A stretch of DNA of 64,000 nucleotides from Carcharhinus amblyrhynchos (lineage: Eukaryota). Positions 38,780 through 50,700 of this stretch are shown piece by piece. The stretch lies in assembly GCA_965287045.1 (NCBI GenBank), contig OZ336879.1:50220001-50284000 (forward strand), written 5' to 3'. Position 1 is the stretch's first letter, and the number at the start of each line of letters is the position of its first letter. The notes beneath the pieces are model-generated. The model was not told where the DNA came from. It saw nothing but the letters and a program-made list of their open reading frames with translations, and did no database searches. The translations under genes were made by a program, and so were the position numbers.

Positions 38780-40840
38780 AGGATCACCACAAAGGTGTTG
38801 AGATGGATCCAGCGTGAAGGGCACTGGTGAAAGAAGCTTGGATGAGCTGTTCATCATCATCCTCCTGGAACCTGGTCGCTATAAGCATCTCGTGTGCAGT
38901 CCTGCCTTGTTTGTCTGATGCTATGGCCTCTTCTTCTGCAGCCTCCACTTCCTTGGCCTCAATGAGTTTTGCCTTCTTAAAATCCCCATTATTAGAGGAG
39001 GCATGTAGCTTCTCCATCTGCCAAGTCATTCTGCCCCTTCAGAGCACCAGGATGTGTAGAGTGCAGCAAACAGTGGTGATACAGGAGACTCCCTGGGGAG
39101 AGTCCTGGAGACTGCTAAACATGCCCAGATCACAAAAACACATCTTTAAGATGCCAGCGGTCTGCTCAATCACTGAGTGTATTACAGAATCAGCAGCATT
39201 GCACCTCTCCTCTGGAACGCTTTGTGGGCATCCTTTTACAGTGATTTTACCAACCCATCCTGCTCATCGATGGGCCGGGCGAGCTGGTAAACTTGCATGA
39301 GAGCCGAGAAATCACTCGATATCTTGCTTCTTGTGATCTTACGAGCCCCATATTCAGCTTTCAGATTCTCGCCCATTTCTGGTAAGAGGCTAAATAATTT
39401 AATCATATGGGCTCACTTGCCTTTGTGGCCTTGCCAGGGGAGGTTCTCTCCAGCGAGGAAAGCACCAGATCCCCACGAACAGGGAGCAGTCATGTTGGCT
39501 TCACCATTGAGGCCTCCCCGGGGAGGTTGAGGGCAAGGATGAGGTGTCTATTGGGTAGTGCCAAGGGATGGGGCCTATGGGGGTGGGACCTGAAGGGATG
39601 GGGACTGAAGAGTCAGGGTCAGGCTGGAGCAGCCCAATCAGAGAGGGAGTGGGTGCCCAGTGCCACTCTGCAGTTGCAATTGGTGGAGGAGGAAAGAGCA
39701 GTGGCCCTGCTGCTACTCTGCAGGAGATCAGTTGTGTGTGTGTGTGGAGGTGGGGGGGGGTGCTAACAGATTTCTCTCTCTGAGCTGTCAGGCATCTGAT
39801 GTTGTAATTGCACATGTGTAGCCACAGAGGTCTGCACAAACACAATAGCTCCCTCTGCTGCTTGAGCAAGCTAGTTGACAATTTACGCCCTCTAATGGCT
39901 GGAAACAATCTAGACCATTTTTTGATTGTAAAAGTCCATGATATGGGAGCAAAGACTTGCCCGAAAATCGGATCTGAAACTCTCCTGTGTTCATGCTAGC
40001 TGGACACAGAAACACATAAAGTCTCGTAAAGTCTCCTCTTTTGTCACCAAAGAGCCACCCTGGATGAGCTGAGGACCTGCGAAAGTCTGTGGTACCTATG
40101 AATGATTTGATACAAGAGTCACAGGGGCCCCCAGGGTAGCTCACACAGACCTGCATTATCTACTTGTGGTGGTTATAAACCAACTACACTTGGAGAAAGG
40201 GGAATTCTTTCCTGTTGATGAATCAAAATGGCTACTGTCAGGGAGCTCTTAAAGGCAAATAATATAGCCCATGGCACTCTACACCCCTGGGAATCTGGAG
40301 CTGCTCCAATCCCACTGCTGGCTTCATCCAAGGAGAATTAGAGAGTAATTGTATGCCCTGGTAAATAGGGCCTCTGTAATAGGGCATCTCTTGGATGCAT
40401 TTCTGAGCAAATCTTTGAGAAATCCTGCAAAGGTGGAGGTCTGGAATGGACCTCTCACAAAGAGGTTTAGAGCCGCAGTCAGTTTGAGAGCCACTGGCAA
40501 TGGAAGGCTTCCCAATCTCTACAGCATCAACTTTCCCAGGAAATGTTGCAGTTGTGAGCCAGAACATCCCTTAACATTCCAGGCCCACTATGACTCTGTC
40601 CCTCTGGCATCAGCTTCAGGGTTCCAAGGGATGCCCTGCTGGTGCATGGTGAGGCTCTTCCCTTTGCTTGGCCTGGTGGTGACTAGCCCTTTTTCTCCTC
40701 CTCCTCAGTTGCCTGATTGCTTGGATAACCATTGGCTGCGCCATCCATTATGCACTCCTGCTCATCTTTGTAGACACATTGACCAGATATATGAAAGAAC
40801 GGAAGCCTGCCATGTTCATGTACCGGTTGCAGACTAAGGA
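38780..40840 (-). mobile_element. Degraded Harbinger (HARBI1-like) nuclease, interrupted at about 39230-40020
   Basis: LPVALKLTAALNLF..G.FQ, LCRISQ...KCI.E.TEALF.RA, MQVC..YPG...DS, GWLFGDK, then VIEQTAGILKMCF. Confidence 0.75.
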
Positions 40841-41402
40841 GTCATTGTGAAGACCATGGATTGCTTTCATCACACCCATTCCATCTCCTCAGTGTACCTT
40901 GGAGTCCTAGTCGTGCCTTAATGACCTCCTTCAGAGCACCCATTCACCAGCACCCATCACAGACATGACCACCACTGGCAAGGCAGGACTTTCAGATGGA
41001 CCTTGGATCTGACTGAGTTCTGCCAGATGACAGAAGCCTCACTCAGGACACTGTCAGACTGAATCATTTGGATTACACAGCAGCCCAGTTTGCTCCAGTG
41101 TAATTTCCACAATCTCCAACTGCTGACTACCCCCAGCTCCCTGTGGCCTCCAGTTACTCATCCTCCTCAGGATCTCCTCCATTGTCAATAACCTCTGCTT
41201 TAACTGCTGTGTAGTACCTGGCTGCATTCCAACTCAAGAACCAGCCTGGGCAGTCAAGCTAGCTGTCAGATAGGAAATCTTTCAAACAAATCTAAAATAA
41301 GACCTACGGTGAAATCCGATAAAGATAAAGTCAAAAGAATAACAAATCTGGAATTAAAAGGTAATTGAATGGTGACCATGAAACCATTATGGATTGCTGT
41401 TT

Positions 41403-41736
41403 AGGGCAGTGTGGTGGCACAGCAGTTAGCACTGGCGCCTCACAGCTCCAGGGACCTGGGTTTGATTCCTGGCCTCAGGTCACTGTATGGAGTTTGCACA
41501 TTCTCCCCTGTCTGCGTGGGTTTCCTCTGGGCGCTCTGGTTTCCCCCAGAGATGTGCAGGTTAGGTTGATTGGCCATGCTAAATTTCCCTTAGTGTCCCA
41601 GGATGTGTAGGTTAGGCGGATTAGCGAGGTAAATATGTAGGGTGACAGGGATAGGGCCTGTGTGAGATTGTTGTCGATGCAGACTCGATGGGCTGAATGG
41701 CCTCCTGGTGCGCTGTTGGGATTCTATGATTCTATG
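41403..41736 (+). mobile_element. HE1-type V-SINE
   Basis: Full match ending GATTCTATGATTCTATG. Confidence 0.88.
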
Positions 41737-42149
41737 AAAAGTTATGACAGACAGAAAGAAAGAGTATTTGATGCTGTTACCAGATACCTGAAAAGGGGGA
41801 AGTGTTCATTTTTCCATCAATGATAACCCGCAAGTTGATATTTACAGTTGTTCACCAAAGGACATTGTACACATACTTTCTGCAAGAAATTGTTTGTTGG
41901 CATTATTCATTTTCATGCACAAATATTAAGTGCATATTTCAATGTTCCTGTTATGGTAATGATCATTCTCCATTTTGGTCTCCATGGATTCCTATCATGA
42001 TATCATTGGATAAACACTCTCTCTTTCTCTAGCACTACTTGCATTTTCAAATTTTGTCATTAAACCTGTCCAAACTGCTGGGAAATTTGTTGGACCTTTC
42101 AGTTGTGCTGTCTTAATTGATTTTGACTGGGCTGCTTTTCCATCACCAG

Positions 42150-42218
42150 CTCTGGCAGGAGAACCGACCAGACTACCTGAACATCCAGCTGTACCTGAGC
42201 CGAACAGATGGGATACAG
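42150..42218 (+). CDS. NOX4: NOX4 coding exon (human exon 16 equivalent)
   Basis: catcaccag|CTC...ATA CAG|gtaatt; 69 nt; LWQENRPDYLNIQLYLSRTDGIQ vs human FWQENRPDYVNIQLYLSQTDGIQ. Confidence 0.96.
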
Positions 42219-42682
42219 GTAATTTAAAGTTGGTTGCATTTCAGGTGACTTTACACATTTCTGCTTATTTTGTTCCAAATCACTCTCAAAGTATCAATTC
42301 ACAACTGTTCTCGTGCTGGAGGAAAATGAGTTAAAATCCCTTCTTGATTTGTGCATGTTTGCACTTTTTCTAAAACTGATAAAATCGCGATGAGGTGCAA
42401 GAATGTGGGACCCAAAGTTGAAAAGAATAAAAGGGAAGGCAGGGTAAATCAGGTAGTAACAATGAAGTTATGTCACAGTTGGCTTTAAGATTCGGAAGAT
42501 TGTAACCTCCCTTCATTTTATTACAATTTATTCAAATTTGTGCTTTGTAAATAAGTTTTATAATCACTTGCAACTATATAATTTTTGTCACATCCACTAC
42601 CTTTTAATTAGACTTTTTTTTATCATTGCTGGATGTAAAATCAATGAGAAATCCTAATCTCATGCTGGGAAGAAATTCAATT

Positions 42683-42985
42683 AGAATCATAGAATCCGTA
42701 AAGGCAGAAATAGTTCATCGAACCTGCGCAGACAACAGTCCCACCCAGGCCCTATTCCCTAACCCCCTGTATTTGCCCTACTAATCTCCCTGACTAAGGG
42801 ACAAGTTAGCATGGCCAATCAACCTAATCTGCACATTTTTGGAGTGTGGAAGGAAACCAGAGCACCTGGAGGAGACCCACGCAGACACAGAATATACAAA
42901 CTCCACATAGTTACCGGAGGTTGGATGTGAACCCAGGTCTCTGGCGCTGTGAAGCAGCAGTGTTAACCATTGTGTTATCATGCCA
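42683..42985 (-). mobile_element. HE1-type V-SINE
   Basis: Full reverse-complement match. Confidence 0.85.
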
Positions 42986-44263
42986 TTAGACAGGAATTAA
43001 TGTTATTTGGATTTATCTTCAATCTGATGACGGTGAGAAAAGTTAAAACAGTGGTCAAAGAGACAACAAACTCTTGTTGGGAAAGATCCAATACTGTTAA
43101 GTTTCAAGTTAGGAGTGAAGAAAGCTCCCTAACACCTTTCTGTCTGTATTCAAAATGTGTGCAATTCAGAGACTTCCACCGAAAATCTCTGACCCTGTTC
43201 GCGGCTGGGATTCTCCGGTCCCATTGCAGTGACTGGAGTTTTAGCTGGAATGCCAAATTCGGTGTCCTCACTTGCAGACAGGTGAGCACAGACAAGATCG
43301 GAGAATCCCACTCTTAAACTAGTTGAGGCAAAGTAAAAGAACAGTATATCTGGTGAATGCTAGATACAATTCAAAATGTAGATTTTTATTCAGCTTTTTT
43401 CAGAGAAATATAAATATTAATGTAATGGTGTACAACTACGGTATGGGCAGCATGGTGGCACAGTGATTAGCACTGCTGCCTCACAATGCCAGGGACTCCC
43501 TGAGGGGGCTTTGGCATGCTGATGGCTCCTGCAAAGGTGCAATCACCCCCTCTGTTGCAGCAACCTGAGACCCTGCTGTCATTAGCAGAGGGATTAGGAG
43601 CTACTGTCCACATCCAGCAAACCCAGAGAGGAACCCTTTGGTCCTTCAAGTCTGCTCCTCCACCCTCACAGGGCACACTTGTATCTCCCTGCTAACCGAA
43701 GAAAAATGAGGACCTGATGCAGACTTAAGTGCTTTGGCACTGACAGAGCTCATGAACAACACAATTGTCTGTCTGCACCTCCAGCATCCATAGACTGGTC
43801 TGCTGGATATGGCTTTCCTGGGGATTCTCAAACATCTCAGTGGAGGGAAGTGGCAGCACTCATGCTCTGGATAAACTCTTCCACTGTCCAAACTAGGGTG
43901 CGCATTCCCTCTTAAATGTTCAACATATTTCACACACCTTACCCTGTACATCCAGCTTCTGCCATTTCACTGGCATCTCCAGAAGCACTTTATCAGCCTG
44001 GTGCTTAGCATGGGTCTGGTCTCTCTTGTTATTCTGGCTGTCAATGGCCTCAGCTGTAACAACCTGTGACAGCTAGTCAGCCACATATATGCTACTCTCT
44101 CCAGGTTGTGGCCCTGATTCTAATTGTCTCAGGATACCTACCAACGTGAGTGCATCTGCACTGTGGAGCTGAGTGATGATGCAGCCTCTGAAGACCCCCC
44201 TCCTTCCCTGAGGTGGACTATTGTCCACTAGACTGGTTGCAGCTTTCTGTTCTTGAGGAAGAG

Positions 44264-45237
44264 TCATAGATCCTTACAGTGCAAAAGGATCCCATTCAAC
44301 TCATCAAGTTGGCCCCGACAGTCCGACAGAACATCTTTCCTGGGCCCACACCCCACCTTACCCCTTTAGCCCTATGTATTTACCCCACTAATCTCCCTAA
44401 CCTGCACATCTTTGGACACTAAAGGGCATTTAACGTGGCCAATCCATCTAAACTGCTCATAAGAACATAAGAACTAGGAGCAGGAGTAGGCCATTTGGCC
44501 TCTCGAGCCTGCTCTGCCATTCAATAAGATCATGGCTGATCTTTTTGTGGATTCAGCTCCACTTATCCACCCGCTCACCATAGCCCTTAATTCCTTTACT
44601 GTTCAAAAATTTATCTATCCTTGCCGTAAAAACATTCAATGAGGTAGCCTCAACTGCTTCACTGGGCAGGGAATTCCACAGATTCACAACCCTTTGTGTG
44701 AAGAAGTTCCTCCTCAACTCAGTCCTAAATCTGCTTCTTATTTTGAGGCTATGCTCTCTAATTCTAGTTTCACTTGCCAGTGGAAACAACTTCCCTGTTT
44801 CTATCCTATCTATTCCGTTCATAATCTTATATGTTTTTATAAGATCTCCCCTCAGCCTTCTGAATTCCCATGAGAGAAGCCCCAGTCTACTCAATCTTTC
44901 ATCATAAGCCAACCCTCTTAACTCTGGAATCAACCTAATGAATCTCTTCTGCACCCCCTCCAGTGTCAGTATATCTTTTCTCATGTAAGGAGACCAAAAC
45001 TGTAGACAGTACTCCAGGTGTGGCCTCACCAGCACCTTATACATAATCTCACTGTTTTTAGACTCCATCCCTCTAGCAAGGAAGTACAAAATTCTTTGGA
45101 CTGTGCAAGGAAACTGGAGCACATGGAGGAAACCCCTGCAGACATGAGGAGAACATGCAGACTCCACACTGATAGTTACCCAAGGCCAGAATTAAACCTG
45201 AGTCTCTGGCGCAGTGCAGTATCATTGCTAACCACTG
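44264..45237 (-). mobile_element. V-SINE split by a young CR1 3' fragment (44459-45090)
   Basis: SINE tail 44264-44458 and head 45092-45237; the CR1 part is open for ~180 codons (VRPHLEYCLQFWSP...FFTQRVVNLWNSLP). Confidence 0.88.
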
Positions 45238-45734
45238 AAAGACCTGCATGAAAGAACAAAAAGATTAAAAGATTTCTTTTCGTTCCAACCATGAACCTCC
45301 AAAATAGGCTGGTGTTTGATGCATGCACAATGGAGGCAACAGGAGCAGCATCCCTTGTATGCCCAAGGTTTTCTCATGCCCAGTTATAAAGCTACTTATG
45401 CTGTTGTAGTCAGACTCCTGTCCCACTATCTGTGATTGAGAGACAACCATCCTACCTTTCCAATTCCAGAGTCTCCTGTTGCATGGGTGGGGGGGATGGT
45501 GAGAAGTTAGATCCCGCCACTCATCTGGACCCATTCTTTAGCATGGGGATCTCTCTTCTTCTTGGCTCCTGTAGGGACCATGTCAGTTGTTCAACATGGG
45601 AATGTAAGAAGAGGAGTAAGCCTTTCAGCTCCTGAAGCCCAGCAATTCGATAATAGCTGATCAATAACTCAACTCCATTAACATGCATTTCTTCCATATT
45701 CTGCAACACACTTAACCAATAAAAATCCAGGGCT

Positions 45735-45862
45735 AAAAGCAAAATACTGTGGATGCTGGAATCTGAAACAAAAATAGAAAATCTCAGCAGATCTGACAGC
45801 ATCTGTGAAGAGAGAATAGAGCCAACTTTTCGAGTCTGGATGACCCTTTGTCAGAGCTAAGG
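45735..45862 (-). mobile_element. Penelope-like pLTR-derived element with degenerate minimal hammerhead
   Basis: Minus strand AGCT-CTGACAA-AGGGTC-ATCCA-GACTC-GAAA-AGTT-GGCT resembles CUGANGA/stem II/GAAA. Confidence 0.65.
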
Positions 45863-46411
45863 ACAAAGAAAATCAGAAGAGATGTATACTGTTGTGGAGG
45901 GGGAAATGGGGGGGGTTGCTGTTTGGACAAAGGGAATGTAAATGAAGATAAAAAAGGCTGAGAAAATCTAGAGCTCTTAGTGTTGACAATGTTAATTCAC
46001 CCAACATACACTGCCTTCTGGAGAAACAAGGTCCAGATTTCTAGTGCACTGTGTCAGGGAGGAAAACAGCTTACAATTGGCTTGGGTTTAATCTTTTTAA
46101 ATAATATCTCCTCATGGGGTGTGGTATTTGTTATGGGGTGCGTGCATATTTTATTCCAGTGTATTGCCAATTATGGAGAACAAGTCCTGAAGTGAAATGA
46201 TCCCTCTTTAGTGATTCAATCATGCGTAATGATTAAGATTCCAAACAACTTGGCAGTGAAACTGAACATGATCGTGTTCTGTGGAAAAGCAGGATAAGGA
46301 CCATTGGAATGTCATTGGTGGTTGCATGTCTTTGAAAATTTGATCTCTCTTTTTCAAAGCAGTTGTTTTTATTGACATTGCCTATTTGTATTTCTTTTTT
46401 ACTTCCTGTAG

Positions 46412-46512
46412 AATTTAAATGGAGAAAAATATCAAGCACTGAACTCGAGGCTAATTATTGGAAAACCTCGTTTGAAACTTCTGTTTGGAGAAATAGCCAA
46501 GTGCAATAGACA
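46412..46512 (+). CDS. NOX4: NOX4 coding exon (human exon 17 equivalent)
   Basis: ttcctgtag|AAT...AGA CA|gtgagt; 101 nt; NLNGEKYQALNSRLIIGKPRLKLLFGEIAKCNR(Q). Confidence 0.95.
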
Positions 46513-47044
46513 GTGAGTAAATGTTAAAGATTTTGGATACTGCAAGAAGCTGAAAGCGGAAGATTGAGTTGCGGTGGTGTGTCAATTGTGTGCCCGAGAA
46601 TACTATTGCAGACTACAAGATACTGGTTGTTAGGTGCTGGCTTGAACACTGAGGATACACTGAGTCACTGGAACACCAAGCTACATTCAGCTTTTGATGT
46701 ATGATATGTCTTTTGTGATTCCTGTAAATAATTAATGAACTGGTTTGTATAGTCGGCAGCAAAGTGAGAGTACACACTTTTGACCATGAAGAAAGCCGTT
46801 CACAATGATTTAGTGATCTCCTGGTGGGAATTTTCCCTTTCCCAGTGCTAGTGTAAATCTGATGCCAAGTTAGGGAGATATCATGGTGTGCAGAAGCAGT
46901 GATGACAGGAGTCAACTGATCAAATGGAAATAGTCTCATACACAACAAATTAGGAAGTTAGATGCACTTGAAATCTGTCACTTTTCGCTTCAATTTTCAG
47001 ATTTCTAAATAAATGGATGATTGCACACTGAAGTAGAAACAGAC

Positions 47045-47173
47045 TGGGTGAGATTTTATCACCTCATTCATCCCAAAACTGTGAAATCCTGCCCCAAGGT
47101 CAACGGACTGTTCCCTGGTCCGCCCCTTGCCCACTCTGATTTCCATGGTGCTTGGGATGGTAAAATTCTGGCC
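47045..47173. mobile_element. Short MITE (family of 4114, reverse orientation)
   Basis: GGGTGAGATTTTA...GGTAAAATTCTGGCC. Confidence 0.6.
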
Positions 47174-47374
47174 AAGATGTTTCTAGAAACTTCTGGATTT
47201 TATTATAATTTGAGGGGCAATTGTATATTCTACAAATGTAAACAAACTACTCAGAACCAGCAAGGGTATTAAATCGCTGTTATGAAGTTAGTGCATCATG
47301 AAAATCCAGTTACATCTCATTTAACAAGGTTGCACTTTTTTAAAGGTTGTTACTGTCCAAGTGAATAAACAAAT

Positions 47375-47510
47375 ACATGAATTAGTTGCAGGAGTAGGCC
47401 ACTCAACCTCTTAAGCCTGCCCCGCCATTCAATAAGGTCATGGCTGATCTGCTTGTAACTTCAACCCAGCATTCCTGCCTATCCCTGTTAACCTTTTACC
47501 CCCTGTTCTC
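47375..47510 (-). mobile_element. CR1 3' UTR fragment
   Basis: GCAGGAGTAGGCCA..CCTGCCCCGCCATTCAATAAG.TCATGGCTGATCT. Confidence 0.75.
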
Positions 47511-48987
47511 ATCAATTCATGTTTGCAGAGTGGAAAACTCTACAGTAAACCCTAGGAGGAGCATGGATTCACTGACAGCAACTTCTGGATTTCCATCAGG
47601 GGAGACGGGATGAAATTTCATAGACAGGATTCACTCCAGAATCCCACCCACCATCACCCTGTAGCAATTTCACACTGGGATGGGCAGAACCTCAGACGGA
47701 AAGCCTACCCATACACCGATTAAGGCCCTTAAGTGGCTATTTAGGTTTCAGACTGGCGAGTGGATGATAATTCAGGGAGGAAACCCTAAATTGAATGAAG
47801 TTTGATTTTGGACTGGGTGTGGGAATGGGGCAAGCACTTCCACCATAAAACCCAATTAAGGTGCCCTCATCTTAAAGCCTGGAGACTTCTGGACCACACC
47901 CCCTCCCCAGCCCAAGATGGCAGAGGCCATACCCTAACCATCCCAAAAATTCAGGCCCATGTTATCGCATACATGGCCAAAATCCCAAAATTACCTTCAG
48001 TTTTCTGGACATGAAGCCAATTTTGCTATTAAAACAGTGCTGCTAAGATTGGGGAAGGCGCAAAACCAGGAGCAAACCTGATTTTCCACCACCTGCCCGA
48101 TCTTACCATCTTGCCTCGGCAAAATATCGGGTGGAATGAGGCCATCTTTTTTTCTCTTTCTGAACCATTTTTGAATTGCTTTGTTAAATATCAGTAGTCT
48201 GTACATTTACCATGCAATGGTGTTTGCTGTCTTCAGCAATGACTTCCTCTGTCTCCAAACACTGATTGTCAATGAACCAGAAATCACAAAGAAGCATTTA
48301 TGAGATACGTATCCACAGAATTCTGGTTAGTTGATGGGTCTACTAGATTACCAGCAGACTGCCACTGATAATGGTGCAACTAGTTCTGAGGGACTTTGAG
48401 AGGTGTTCAACCTTCACAATTTATGGCAAAAGAAGAAAAAAATGTTCATCCTTAAATTATGCCATGAAACATTAGATTTAGCGTGCTTGTCTGAAATGAT
48501 TCTCTGGTATTTTAGCAGAGCATTAACCTATGTGAAGTACTGTAAGTGAATTAAACTAGGAGAATGCAACTACAGATAAATGCATGGAAGAACTGTTTGC
48601 ACCGGTCTCCATATTTTTATGACTATGTTAATATATGGGTAGTTTTTAACCTTTACTGCTGGGTGGAAAATTGGCAATAGCAGAGCTATCCCCATCCCCC
48701 ACTCAAATTCTATTATTTGCAATCAGCAGTGAACACTGGAAAAGAGTCCTCCTCTTTCATGATCATCAGACCTTTCAGATAAAATGTTCATCCTGAAATG
48801 AAGGTCCAGAGATTTGCTTGCATCTTTGCTGGAAGATGGTTACCAGACTTAAGCAAATAAGAGGGTGCTGTAAAACATCCCAGATCCACTCATTTTCACC
48901 TATTGACAAAATTTTCCAGTAAAAGCAGTGCGTCAGACTGAGAAATCATTCCAAATGACACGTCTGTTTCTTCTCCATTTCTGACAG

Positions 48988-49108
48988 AAAATGTGTTGGC
49001 GTTTTTTGCTGTGGGCCTAAGGAACTCTCTAAGGAACTTCACAAGCTCAGCAACAAGACCAGTTCACATGGAACGCAATTTGAGTACAACAAAGAATCCT
49101 TCTCCTGA
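48988..49108 (+). CDS. NOX4: NOX4 terminal coding exon (human exon 18 equivalent), includes stop codon
   Basis: ctgacag|A AAA TGT...TTC TCC TGA; KCVGVFCCGPKELSKELHKLSNKTSSHGTQFEYNKESFS*. The EYNKESFS C-terminus is NOX4-type. Confidence 0.97.
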
Positions 49109-50371
49109 AAATTACTGAGAAAAAGATACAAGCACAGAAACTTGAAGTGCAATTATTTTGCTGATATGATAGTCAGCAGGATCAGCCTTAGACAATCTCC
49201 AGTCACCAAAGAGAGAACCATATTGAATTAATACTAATTCGGTAGTTGGTGTGGCACAGGTACAAATTTATATATTGGCTTGTCAATGTCAGTTCACCTA
49301 TTGGTATTTCTTTTCATTATCGGTCGGTTATAGCTGGGCATTTTGTTTCTATTATAACAATTTTATGGAAGGTTGGGATTGTTATTGCAATTTTAGTGTA
49401 TTTCTTATAATTTACAAGTAGGTGCAGAACTCAACTCTGACATATGGTGATGGGGAATAATTGGATGCTCTGCTATGAAAAGCCAGTGATTTGAAAACAG
49501 TCCAAGGCTTCTGTGCATCCCTTTCTTCCCCATACCACCTTAATTAGTATAGTTTGCGAAGAAGCAATACCCTTATCTCATTTATATTCCCAAGTACTGG
49601 ATATTAAAGCTTATTTATTGTATAAATAGGATAGCTGACAAGTACGGTGTTTTTATTTGCTCAACTTCTATGACCTGACCATTATCATACACAAGTCAAC
49701 TTGGTTCATTGCAGTTGTTCTAGGTAGCTTCCAATAGTATTGAACCTTTCTACACAAATCATACTTCTTCCAAAACATTTACAGAAAAGTCTTTTGATTA
49801 GATCTCACTCAGAGGATGGTGGATGTTAAATAGGAGATTTTTTTTAAAGATAAAGATTTAAAAGACTGAGCCAATGATAACTGTTGAATCATTTCTGCTC
49901 CATTAATTTTTCACCTCACATAATATCTCCACCGTAGTAGAAAGATGTTGATCTCAACATTTGAAAAGTGCTGAAATTATGATGTGGCGGTGCTGCAATA
50001 TCATGCACTAACACCTTGTGCCGGTCAGTGTTAAATTGCAGGTTGTGTCTAAGGCTTTCTATCTCAGCCAGCTGTCAGACATGGTGAAACAAAAGATTTA
50101 AACTCCGAAGGGAAAGTCATCCTGACCTAGTCTCGCACACATCCTATCAGCAGATTGAATGACAGCTTTGGCAGTGATCTGGAAGTGGGGTTTTCAGTAG
50201 TCTCTTGACAGAGGCGTGCCAAGAGGACCCTAAGAAAAATTATTGAGAAGCAAAGTCAATACAAATTTAGAAGAGGAAGAATCAATATATCTAATAATTA
50301 TAGAAAAACATTGTCAGCGAATCTCCAACTGTTCAATGCTTGAGAGAAACAGCTCTTAGACTTAGAATCCC

Positions 50372-50700
50372 TACAGTGCATTAGGAGACCTTTTGGCCCA
50401 TTGAATCTGCACTGATTGTCTCGCAGAGCATCTTATCCAGGTTCTATTCTTGTAACCCCACATATTTACCCCACTAATTCCCTTAACCAACACATCTTGG
50501 GACACTAAGGGACAATTTAGTACGGCCAATCCACCTAACCTGCACATCTTTGAACTGTGGGAAGAAACCAGAGCACTTGGAGGAAACACATGCAGACACA
50601 AGGAGAAGGTGCAAACTCACACAGACAAACCATCTAAGAGTGGAATTGTACCTGGGTCCCTGGTGCTGTGAGGCCAGTGTGCTAACCACTGTGCCGCCCA
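50372..50700 (-). mobile_element. HE1-type V-SINE downstream of the NOX4 stop
   Basis: Full reverse-complement match. Confidence 0.88.

Noticed and set aside
44553-45167. 204-aa ORF as a host gene
   Set aside because: It is a SINE-derived start fused to the C-terminus of a 5'-truncated CR1 ORF2, lacking the RT core.
6094-49108. Assignment to NOX1/NOX2/NOX3, or a NOX4 pseudogene
   Set aside because: WQENRPDY and EYNKESFS, the exon sizes and the TYR linkage indicate NOX4; all seven exons are in frame with canonical splice sites.
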